DNA from: Macrostomum lignano
Lineage: Eukaryota
Length of the DNA: 64,000 bases
Direction: 5' to 3'
Assembly (NCBI GenBank): GCA_002269645.1
Contig: NIVC01002306.1
Span: forward strand, 1-64,000
The notes below the pieces were generated by a model, which did no database searches, was not told where the DNA came from, and worked only from the letters and a program-made list of their open reading frames with translations. Below, piece by piece: positions 52,411 through 64,000 of this stretch. The position numbers were made by a program, and so were the translations under genes. Position 1 is the stretch's first letter, and every line of letters starts with the position of its first letter.

Positions 52411-55399
52411 GTGAGTACTTTGATTTTTTAATGAGTCTTATCTCTTTAGAGAGTGGTTTACGAGTACAAATAAAAATTCTTTCTCCTCCCACCTCACTCT
52501 AGCGGAATGGATGGTAACTCCTCCCCTCTGTATCTGGATGATCGACGCCCCCTGAAATATCCTCACTCCCTCACCCACCTCACTCCCTCACCCACCTCAC
52601 TCCCTCACCCACCTCACTCCCTCACCCACCTCACTCCCTCACCCACCTCACTCCCTCACCCACCTCACTCCCTCACCCACCTCACTCCCTCACCCACCTC
52701 ACTCCCTCACCCACCTCACTCCCTCACCCACCTCACTCCCTCACCCACCTCACTCCCTCACCCACCTCACTCCCTCACCAACCTCACTCCCTCACCTACC
52801 TCACTCCCTCACCAACCTCACTCCCTCACCTACCTCACTCCCTCACCCACCTCACTCCCTCACCTACCTCACTCCCTCACCTACCTCACTCCATCACCCA
52901 CCTCACTCCCTCACCCACCTCACTCCCTCACCCACCTCACTCCCTCACCCACCTCACTCCCTCACCCACCTAACTCCCTCACCCACCTCACTCCCTCACC
53001 CACCCAATTTGTTTCAATACACATAGAATGTTTTGAGAAACTGCAACGAACACAGTAACTATGAGGTATATTATAAATGCCATTATTCGGTCAAAGACGA
53101 TATGAAAGGTTAGCTTCTAGACTATTGCAAGAACTTTTTAGCCTTGCCCTGCAGGAAGAATAGGGAGAAAAAGTGGATAGCTTAGAATTGGCCTCATCAG
53201 TTCCCGTCAGCCATCTCTCTCAGCCGGCTGAAGTGGATGCTGAGCGAATCCCTGAGACACAGCGGGATGGGGCTGGAAGTCTGCGGACTGCAGGCCTCCC
53301 AACTCCCGAGTTTGATCGGAGCAAACAAGGAGATTCTCCAAGCCCCAGACCTGCATCGCAGCCGGTTTCGGCCGTTAGAAACTACTCTATGCTTCCCGAG
53401 CTGTGTGCTTTCTCCTTGACAACTGATCCTATTCTTCACGAACTCATAATTGCACTTTACGGCTGTCTCCGGGATTAATTTATTGACTGAACTGGCCAGC
53501 TGGGCAGCTTGACACCCTGCTATTATGAGATCCATTTCTGCCCTCCGCCTGCGCCCCAGCCCAACTATGGTGCGCCTGGCTTCCCTTTCACTCGTCTGAG
53601 GAGATGTGAGTAGCTGGCATATCCCATTATTATGTCCATTTCTCGCATTTTTATCTCTGATATATCTAGCTCTTATCTCACATTAGATCATTTTCACATC
53701 TAGCTCCAAGCTATCTCATATCTACCTCATATCTATCTCACATCTATCTCATATCTATCTCATATCTACCTCACATCTATCTCAAATCTACCTCACATCT
53801 ATCTCATATCTATCTCACATCTATCTCATATCTATCTCATATCTACCTCACATCTATCTCAAATCTACCTCACATCTATCTCATATCTACCTCACATCTA
53901 TCTCATATCTATCACATATCTACCTCACATCTATCTCATATCTACCTCACATCTATCTCATATCTACCTCACATCTATCTCATATCTATCTCATATCTAC
54001 CTCACATCTATCTCATATCTACCTCACATCTATCTCATATCTACCTCACATCTATCTCATATCTACCTCACATCTATCTCATATCTATCTCACATCTATC
54101 TCATATCTACCTCACATCTATCTCATATCTATCTCATATCTACCTCGCATCTATCTCATATCTACCTCACATCTATTTCACATCTATCTCATATCTACCT
54201 CACATCTGTCTCACATCTGTATCACATCTACATTACATCTATATCACGTCTATATCACATTTATATCACATCTGTATCACATCTACATTACATCTATATC
54301 ACATCTATATCACATCTATAATACATCTATATCACATCTATCTCACATCTACCTCTAATTTGTCTCACATCTATTTCACATCTATCTCAAATCTATTTCC
54401 AATCTGTCTCACATCTATTTCACATCTATTTCACATCTATCTAACATCTGTCTCACATCTATCTCACATTTATCTCACAAAATTGATACACTGGCAACTC
54501 CTGTCACAGTTCAGGCAGAAATTGCATATGGCCCGCGCTGCCACCGGGCAAAAGCGTAGACGAGAAGAAAATATGAGTTCCCTGAGCTGAGCCCATCAGC
54601 AGAATTTGAACTTTTACTCGTAGCTCACAAGACATGATGGACAAATGTCATATATGAATGCAACATCTTTATCGGGCCAGTTCGATCTGTCAATTTTCCA
54701 TAGCCAGATAGTTACGAGCTAGTTGCAGATCCGACACAAATAAAAAACTCATCTCATAGCTAATCGATAAAGTCAACTGAGGAAAATTTGCAAAGGAAAC
54801 GCAAACGACTTGGCCCGTCTCCGGTTCCGGAACATTAGAAAAAACTGGCCTAGTATGAGGAACCTACGGGCTCTGGAGCTGGTACGTGTACCGCTGCCCT
54901 TAAAACTGAGGATGACTTTTGAGAAGGGGAGCCTGGCCCACTCGCTTTAGTATAAGCAAACTTTCTCACGCTCTCTAATCATCGATGCTCCACCCCATCA
55001 CCCTCTGGTTAGCGGCTCCGCATCCAGCTTATAGCGATTATGCTATAAAAAAAACTCAAGCAAGCCAAGGAGGCTGGAATTCCCATTTCCCACTTGGGTC
55101 CCTACCGCTTCCCCTCGTCCTCTGCACGCCTTCTGGAGTGTGCGCGGGCCCCGGGCTCTTGAGGCGTCCATCTGGCTTCTCTGAGTGGCCAGAAACTGCT
55201 GCTATGATGGGGGATGAGAGAGAGTGTGAAGTTTGACCTCCTCCTTCCCATAAACTGCTGATTTATCCTGGCACGGATCTGGTGGCGTTTTTGCTCGAAG
55301 ATTTCGAGCCAACCTGGCTCATGTCTGTCTCGGATCTCAAAGCTAATCTCCGGAATAATATGTCATCCCTTCAGATGTCAATCTACTCATCGATCTCAA

Positions 55400-58300
55400 G
55401 TTTAATCAATCTCTCAGTTATCTCTCCATCGATCTCTCCATCGATACGAGTATCTCCATCAATCTCTCCATCAATCTCTCCATCAATCTCTCCATCAATC
55501 TCTCCATCAATCTCTTCATCAATCTGTCCATCAATCTCTCCATCAATCTCTCCATCGATCTCTCCATCAATCTCTCCATCGATCTCTCCATCAATCTCTC
55601 CATCAATCTCTCCATCAATCTCTCCATCAATCTCTCCATCGATCTCTCCATCAATCTCTCCATCGATCTCTCCATCGATCTCTCCATCGATCTCTCCATC
55701 AATCTCTCCATTGATCTCTGAGTGGCCAGAAACCTCTCCATAAATTAATCTCTCCATAAATCTCCATAAATCTCCATCAATCTCTCATCGATCTCTCCAT
55801 CAATCTCTCCATCAATCTCTCCATCAATCTCTCCATCAATCTCTCCATCGATCTCTCCATCAATCTCTCCATCGATCTCTCCATCGATCTCTCCATCGAT
55901 CTCTCCATCAATCTCTCCATTGATCTCTGAGTGGCCAGAAACCTCTCCATAAATTAATCTCTCCATAAATCTCCATAAATCTCCATCAATCTCTCATCGA
56001 TCCCTCCATTAATCTCTCCATCAATCTCTCCATCAATCTCTCCATCGATCTCTCCATCAATCTCTCCATTGATCTCTGAGTGGCCAGAAACCTCTCCATA
56101 AATTAATCTCTCCATAAATCTCCATAAATCTCCATCAATCTCTCATCGATCCCTCCATCAATCTCTCCATCAATCTCTCATCGATCCCTCCATCGATCTC
56201 TCCATCGATCTCTCCATCGATCTCTCCATCGATCTCTCCATCGATCTCTCCATCAATCTCTCCATCAATCTCTCCATCGATCTCTCCATCAATCTCTCCA
56301 TCAATCTCTCCATCGATCTCTCCATCGATCTCTCCATCGATCTCTCCATCAATCTCTCCATCGATCTCTCCATCGATCTCTCCATCGATCTCTCCATCAA
56401 TCTCTCCATCAATCTCTCCATCAATCTCTCCATCAATCTCTCCATCAATCTCTCCATCGATCTCTCCATCAATCTCTCCATCAATCTCTCCATCGATCTC
56501 TCCATCAATCTCTCCATCGATCTCTCCATCGATCTCTCCATCAATCTCTCCATCGATCTCTCCATCGATCTCTCCATCGATCTCTCCATCGATCTCTCCA
56601 TCGATCTCTCCATTGATCTCTCCATCAATCTCTCCATCAATCTCTCATCGATCCCTCCATCGATCTCTCCATCGATCTCTCCATCGATCTCTCCATCGAT
56701 CTCTCCATCGATCTCTCCATCGATCTCTCCATCGATCTCTCCATCAATCTCTCCATCAATCTCTCCATCGATCTCTCCATCAATCTCTCCATCAATCTCT
56801 CCATCGATCTCTCCATCGATCTCTCCATCGATCTCTCCATCGATCTCTCCATCGATCTCTCCATCAATCTCTCCATCGATCTCTCCATCGATCTCTCCAT
56901 CGATCTCTCCATCGATCTCTCCATCGATCTCTCCATCAATCTCTCCATCGATCTCTCCATCGATCTCTCCATCGATCTCTCCATCAATCTCTCCATCGAT
57001 CTCTCCATCGATCTCTCCATCAATCTCTCCATTGATCTCTGAGTGGCCAGAAACCTCTCCATAAATTAATCTCTCCATAAATCTCCATAAATCTCCATCA
57101 ATCTCTCCATGGATCTCTCCATCGATCTCTCCATCAATCTCTCCATTGATCTCTGAGTGGCCAGAAACCTCTCCATAAATTAATCTCTCCATAAATCTCC
57201 ATAAATCTCCATCAATCTCTCATCGATCTCTCCATCAATCTCTCCATCAATCTCTCCATCAATCTCTCCATCAATCTCTCCATCGATCTCTCCATCAATC
57301 TCTCCATCGATCTCTCCATCGATCTCTCCATCGATCTCTCCATCAATCTCTCCATTGATCTCTGAGTGGCCAGAAACCTCTCCATAAATTAATCTCTCCA
57401 TAAATCTCCATAAATCTCCATCAATCTCTCATCGATCCCTCCATTAATCTCTCCATCAATCTCTCCATCAATCTCTCCATCGATCTCTCCATCAATCTCT
57501 CCATTGATCTCTGAGTGGCCAGAAACCTCTCCATAAATTAATCTCTCCATAAATCTCCATAAATCTCCATCAATCTCTCATCGATCCCTCCATCAATCTC
57601 TCCATCAATCTCTCATCGATCCCTCCATCGATCTCTCCATCGATCTCTCCATCGATCTCTCCATCGATCTCTCCATCGATCTCTCCATCGATCTCTCCAT
57701 CAATCTCTCCATCGATCTCTCCATCAATCTCTCCATCAATCTCTCCATCGATCTCTCCATCGATCTCTCCATCGATCTCTCCATCGATCTCTCCATCAAT
57801 CTCTCCATCGATCTCTCCATCGATCTCTCCATCGATCTCTCCATCAATCTCTCCATCAATCTCTCCATCAATCTCTCCATCAATCTCTCCATCAATCTCT
57901 CCATCAATCTCTCCATCGATCTCTCCATCAATCTCTCCATCAATCTCTCCATCGATCTCTCCATCAATCTCTCCATCGATCTCTCCATCGATCTCTCCAT
58001 CAATCTCTCCATCAATCTCTCCATCGATCTCTCCATCGATCTCTCCATCGATCTCTCCATTGATCTCTCCATCAATCTCTCCATCAATCTCTCATCGATC
58101 CCTCCATCGATCTCTCCATCGATCTCTCCATCGATCTCTCCATCGATCTCTCCATCGATCTCTCCATCGATCTCTCCATCGATCTCTCCATCAATCTCTC
58201 CATCGATCTCTCCATCAATCTCTCCATCAATCTCTCCATCGATCTCTCCATCAATCTCTCCATCAATCTCTCCATCGATCTCTCCATCGATCTCTCCATC

Positions 58301-58920
58301 GATCTCTCCATCGATCTCTCCATCGATCTCTCCATCGATCTCTCCATCGATCTCTCCATCGATCTCTCCATCAATCTCTCCATCGATCTCTCCATCGATC
58401 TCTCCATCGATCTCTCCATCAATCTCTCCATCGATCTCTCCATCGATCTCTCCATCAATCTCTCCATTGATCTCTGAGTGGCCAGAAACCTCTCCATAAA
58501 TTAATCTCTCCATAAATCTCCATAAATCTCCATCAATCTCTCCATCGATCTCTCCATCAATCTCTCCATCGATCTCTCATCAATCTCTCCATCAATCTCT
58601 CCATCAATCTCTTTATCATTCTCTTCATCAATCTCTCATTAATCTCTCCATAAATCTCCACCAATCTCCATTAATCTTCATCATTCTCCATCAATCTTCA
58701 TCATTCTCCATCAATCTTTTATCAAGCTCTCCATCAATCTCTCAATCAATCTCCATCAATCTCTCATTAATCTCTCCATCAATCCCCATCAATCTCTCCA
58801 CTAAACTCTGCATTGCTCTCTCCATCAATCTCTCAATCAATCTCCATCAATCTCTCATTAATCTCTCCATCAATCCCCATCAATCTCTCTACTAAACTCT
58901 GCATTGCTCTCTCCATCAAT
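55400..58920. repeat. Expanded 12-bp (ATCGATCTCTCC)n array with a 1435-bp higher-order duplication
   Basis: Mirror of 5765-6200 but about 3.5 kb; interrupting motifs recur at offset 1435. Confidence 0.95.
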
Positions 58921-59663
58921 GTGCCATAACTTCCTAAGTTCGAAAACTTCCATACAGCTTTTTCTTCCCTGTTCCATGCTTTGATATTTGACCTCTTACT
59001 GAAGATGCTTTCAACCTCTCTCAGAGGGACTTTCTGATTGTCCTCCTATTGAGTCTTAACTATTTGTTTCTAAAATATTCTGATGAAGCAGTCGCGTACT
59101 TCCCAATGCCGGACTCCTACTCGTATGTTGGTACTGAGCTGCAGACTTATACCTAACGCTGGTGCAACCGAATTGCCGGTTTCTGGCCAAGCTATAGAAG
59201 TCTGACCCGAAAGCAAGGAAGAAACACGTTAGTTTCTGTCCTACATGCCAATACAGTCACTGGGACAGTCTTAAAACTCTCATTTCTCCATCCACACTCC
59301 CCATCTCTCTGACTCTCTCCCTGACCCTCTCTGACTCTCTCCCTGACCCTCTCTGACTCTCTCCCTGACCCTCTCTGACTCTCTCCCTGACCCTGTCTGA
59401 CTCTCTCCCTGACCCTCTCTGACTCTCTCCCTGACCCTCTCTGACTCTCTCCCTGACCCTCTCTGACTCTCTCCCTGACCCTGTCTGACTCTCTCCCTGA
59501 CCCTCTCTGACTCTCTCCCTGATCCTATCTGACTCTCTCCCTGACCCTCTCTGACTCTCTCCCTGATCCTATCTGACTCTCTCCCTGACCCTCTGTGACT
59601 CTCTCCTTGACCCTCTCTGACTATCTCTCTCTCTCTCTCTCTCTCTCGCTCTCTCTCTCTCTC

Positions 59664-59730
<67 letters not shown>

Positions 59731-62700
59731 ATTCAATGCAGTCTGGACTTAATTTTTTTGTGCCAGCTTACAGCGGAACTTTTCAAGGCCCACAGCGAGC
59801 GAGCAGGCGAGGGGGTATCGAGTATCCAGACGATATGTCCGGAAATGACGGCAAAAACATGACAGACTAAACGTCAGACAGATCTGGATGGAGTGCAGAG
59901 GGAGGCGGCCAGGCATTCAGGGCTGGCAGTGGGCCAGATTCAATCTCAAAAAAAGCTACCACAATTTTGCGTGCACTCGCAAAATGCAATCTTACAAATT
60001 GCATTAGCCGCCTGCCCAGCTCTAGAGAGATTTATTGCCAGCAGTTCGGAGTTCGGGGGGGGGCGCAGACGGCTTGTTTGACGCCACTGGCTGTGGCGCA
60101 AACTCAATTGCCGCACCGCACTGGACTTGGCGTCACATCTGGCTGGCTCTGCTTCTGGGACAGAAGTGTTCACAAATAGAATTGCTGATTTTTGTCGATG
60201 CCTTTTGCGCATTGGCAAGGAAAAGTCCGCATTAACTAACAATCAATGAATGGCGTCTTCTAAATAAACCATTCGAACGCATTGAATTGGACAGCGGAGG
60301 GGATGGTTTAAAAAGAAATTTGAAAAGCAAACGCAAGAAAGAGAAGATCTTAGTTGACCAGCATGCGGGCTGGGCCAAGCGGGCTGGGGGGGAGGGACAA
60401 AAGTCCCGTGGGAAAAATGCCACCGGCTATTGAGGGAGGCGGCTTGTTGGGTCGAGTCTGCATCCCCCGGCTGTGGCTGCTTTGATGCCGGGAGCGACCA
60501 GCTGACAGCGGGAGCTGGGGCAAAATTGAAAGCGAGAGATAGCTCGTAGTCCTGGGAGAAAGGATGAGACTGATGAAGATGAGGACAAAAGAGAGTGGAG
60601 GACTCAGAGGAAAGGGAAGAGTCAGCCAGGAGGGAAAAGAAGAGTCAGGGAGGAGGAAAAAGAAGAGTCAGGGAGGAGGGAAAAGAGAGTCAGCCAGGAG
60701 GGAAAAGAAGAGTCAGGGAGGAGGGAAAAGAGAGTCAGCCAGGAGGGAAAAGAAGAGTCAGGGAGGAGGGAAAAGAAGAGTCAGGGAGGAGGGAAAAGAA
60801 GAGTCAGGGAGGAGAGAAAAGAAGAGTCAGGGAGGAGGGAAAAGAAGAGTCAGGAAGGAGGGAAAAGAAGAGTCAGGGAGGAGGGAAAAGAGAGTCAGCC
60901 AGGAGGGAAAAGAAGAGTCAGGGAGGAGGGAAAAGAAGAGTCAGGGAGGAGGGAAAAGAGAGTCAGCCAGGAGGGAAAAGAAGAGTCAGGGAGGAGGGAA
61001 AAGAAGAGTCAGGGAGGAGGAAAAAGAAGAGTCAGGGAGGAGGGAAAAGAGAGTCAGCCAGGAGGGAAAAGAAGAGTCAGGGAGGAGGGAAAAGAAGAGT
61101 CAGGGAGGAGGGAAAAGAAGAGTCAGGGAGGAGAGAAAAGAAGAGTCAGGGAGGAGGGAAAAGAAGAGTCAGGGAGGAGGAAAAAGAAGAGTCAGGGAGG
61201 AGGGAAAAGAGAGTCAGCCAGGAGGGAAAAGAAGAGTCAGGGAGGAGGGAAAAGAAGAGTCAGGGAGGAGGGAAAAGAAGAGTCAGGGAGGAGGGAAAAG
61301 AAGAGTCAGGGAGGAGGGAAAAGAAGAGTCAGGGAGGAGGAAAAAGAAGAGTCAGGGAGGAGGGAAAAGAGAGTCAGCCAGGAGGGAAAAGAAGAGTCAG
61401 CCAGGAGGGAAAAGAAGAGTCAGGAAGGAGGGAAAAGAAGAGTCAGGGAGGAGGGAAAAGAAGAGTCAGGGAGGAGGGAAAAGAAGAGTCAGGGAGGAGG
61501 GAAAAGAAGAGTCAGGGAGGAGGAAAAAGAAGAGTCAGGGAGGAGGGAAAAGAAGAGTCAGGAAGGAGGGAAAAGAAGAGTCAGGAAGGAGGGAAAAGAA
61601 GAGTCAGGGGAGAGGGAAAAGAAGAGTCAGGAAGGAGGGAAAAGAAGAGTCAGGGAGGAGGAAAAAGAAGAGTCAGGGAGGAGGGAAAAGAGAGTCAGCC
61701 AGGAGGGAAAAGAAGAGTCAGGGAGGAGGGAAAAGAAGAGTCAGGGAGGAGGGAAAAGAAGAGTCAGGGAGGAGAGAAAAGAAGAGTCAGGGAGGAGGGA
61801 AAAGAAGAGTCAGGGAGGAGGAAAAAGAAGAGTCAGGGAGGAGGGAAAAAAGAGTCAGGGAGGAGGGAAAAGAGAGTCAGCCAGGAGGGAAAAGAAGAGT
61901 CAGAAAGGAGGGAAAAGAAGAGTCAGGAAGGAGGGAAAAGAAGAGTCAGGGAGGAGGGAAAAGAGAGTCAGCCAGGAGGGAAAAGAAGAGTCAGGAAGGA
62001 GGGAAAAGAAGAGTCAGGAAGGAGGGAAAAGAAGAGTCAGGAAGGAGGGAAAAGAAGAGTCAGGGAGGAGGGAAAAGAAGAGTCAGGGAGGAGGGAAAAG
62101 AAGAGTCAGGAAGGAGGGAAAAGAAGAGTCAGGAAGGAGGGAAAAGAAGAGTCAGGAAGGAGGGAAAAGAAGAGTCAGGGAGGAGGGAAAAGAGAGTCAG
62201 CCAGGAGGGAAAAGAAGAGTCAGGGAGGAGGGAAAAAAGAGTCAGGGAGGAGGGAAAAGAAGAGTCAGGGAGGAGGGAAAAGAAGAGTCAGAAAGGAGGG
62301 AAAAGAAGAGTCAGGGAGGAGGGAAAAGAAGAGTCAGGGAGGAGGGAAAAGAGAGTCAGCCAGGAGGGAAAAGAAGAGTCAGGGAGGAGGGAAAAGAGAG
62401 TCAGCCAGGAGGGAAAAGAAGAGTCAGGGAGGAGGGAAAAGAAGAGTCAGGGAGGAGGGAAAAGAAGAGTCAGGGAGGAGAGAAAAGAAGAGTCAGGGAG
62501 GAGGGAAAAGAAGAGTCAGGGAGGAGGGAAAAGAGAGTCAGCCAGGAGGGAAAAGAAGAGTCAGGGAGGAGGGAAAAGAAGAGTCAGGGAGGAGGGAAAA
62601 GAAGAGTCAGGGAGGAGGGAAAAGAAGAGTCAGGGAGGAGGGAAAAGAAGAGTCAGGGAGGAGGAAAAAGAAGAGTCAGGGAGGAGGGAAAAGAGAGTCA

Positions 62701-64000
62701 GCCAGGAGGGAAAAGAAGAGTCAGGGAGGAGGGAAAAGAAGAGTCAGGGAGGAGGGAAAAGAGAGTCAGGGAGGAGGGAAAAGAAGAGTCAGGGAGGAGA
62801 GAAAAGAAGAGTCAGGAAGGAGGGAAAAGAAGAGTCAGGGAGGAGGGAAAAAAGAGTCAGGGAGGAGGGAAAAGAAGAGTCAGGAAGGAGGGAAAAGAAG
62901 AGTCAGGAAGGAGGGAAAAGAGAGTCAGCCAGGAGGGAAAAGAAGAGTCAGGAAGGAGGGAAAAGAAGAGTCAGGAAGGAGGGAAAAGAAGAGTCAGGGA
63001 GGAGGGAAAAGAAGAGTCAGGGAGGAGGGAAAAGAAGAGTCAGGAAGGAGGGAAAAGAAGAGTCAGGAAGGAGGGAAAAGAAGAGTCAGGGAGGAGGGAA
63101 AAGAGAGTCAGCCAGGAGGGAAAAGAAGAGTCAGCCAGGAGGGAAAAAAGAGTCAGGGAGGAGGGAAAAGAGAGTCAGCCAGGAGGGAAAAGAAGAGTCA
63201 GGGAGGAGGGAAAAAAGAGTCAGGGAGGAGGGAAAAGAAGAGTCAGGGAGGAGGGAAAAGAAGAGTCAGAAAGGAGGGAAAAGAACAGTCAGGAAGGAGG
63301 GAAAAGAAGAGTCAGGGAGGAGGGAAAAGAAGAGTCAGGGAGGAGGGAAAAGAAGAGTCAGGAAGGAGGGAAAAGAAGAGTCAGGAAGGAGGGAAAAGAA
63401 GAGTCAGGGAGGAGGGAAAAGAACAGTCAGGGAGGAGGACAGTCAGACGAGGGTCAGAGAGGAGATAAGTATGAGAGTCAGGAGGTCAGGAGGAAGGGTC
63501 AGCGAGAATAAGAATGAGAGTCAGAGGAGAAGAGTCAGAGAGGGAGGGTCCGATAGGAGAAAGAGGTCTGAGAGTCCAAGTGTCAGAAAGGAGAGTGGAA
63601 GAGTCCGAGAGATTGAGTTTGAGAGAAAGGAGGCAGGCAGAGGATAGGAAATGAAGCGGTGACAGAGGCGCTCCATTCCGAATTCGGCCGGTCTCAATTC
63701 TAGGAAATTTCCTAATCAGAGCGGGCCAGAAAATGAGTAAAAAAAGAAGCGATAGCTATAGACGAGCGCGTCAGTTGATGAGGAGAGAAAGATAAAATAA
63801 ATTTGGTCAGTGGCGCGTTACGGCGATAGGATGAGGCGGAGGGCTTGGTTGGAAACGGGGGGGGGTTGGGAGGATTGTGATGAGCCGACAGGGGAGACGG
63901 GATGGGGCCGTTGGCAGGGAGGCTGGGAGAATAATTGAGCTCCAAGCTGCCACAGCCAGCAGTTTAAGGCAGTCAAGTGCCCGAGCCCCTTTTCACCCCA

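Larger units (their letters stand above)
33134..63440 (-). repeat. Right arm of the inverted duplication
   Basis: Reverse complement of the left arm. The first ~1.5 kb after the gap has many single-base indels typical of low-coverage long-read consensus. Confidence 0.97.

Noticed and set aside
55383-58513. CRISPR-like or collagen-like (GEID)n array
   Set aside because: A 12-bp satellite with invariant interruptions, no unique spacers and no cas genes, in a eukaryotic context.
60564-63647. 1027-aa and 957-aa Lys/Arg/Glu-rich ORFs
   Set aside because: Translations of a 23-bp array that lacks stop codons in more than one frame. The unit is not a multiple of three and the array is about four times shorter in the other arm.

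Overview
Eukaryotic (metazoan, probably invertebrate) genomic scaffold, very rich in simple repeats. GT-AG introns, animal transposon families and the repeat density would fit a flatworm such as Macrostomum, but the species cannot be established from sequence. Architecture: the left part (about 2899-29400) recurs in inverted orientation on the right (33134-about 63440). Between them lie a unique centre (about 29700-32363) and a 770-N gap (32364-33133). Bases 1-2898 are a further direct copy of 6871-9768. Genes I can support: (i) the 5' part of a divergent calmodulin-like gene with the canonical ATG / 31-nt / 144-nt exon layout, whose frame-symmetric 144-nt exon is tandemly duplicated in the left arm; (ii) two paralogous small Ser/Asp-rich proteins sharing SLTSSxDLGHGSEV, VTNPAS, SNDSGF and a basic C-terminal helix, which I do not recognise; (iii) a three-exon, acidic, probably disordered protein containing about 19 copies of a 57-bp (19-aa) repeat. 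Mobile elements: a D34D mariner relic, hAT-type MITEs with 8-bp TSDs, a 5'-truncated RTE LINE with a 10-bp TSD, a non-autonomous Helitron and tRNA-derived segments. Most long ORFs in the supplied track are translations of minisatellites. The large duplications could be real or haplotype/assembly artefacts; sequence alone cannot decide.
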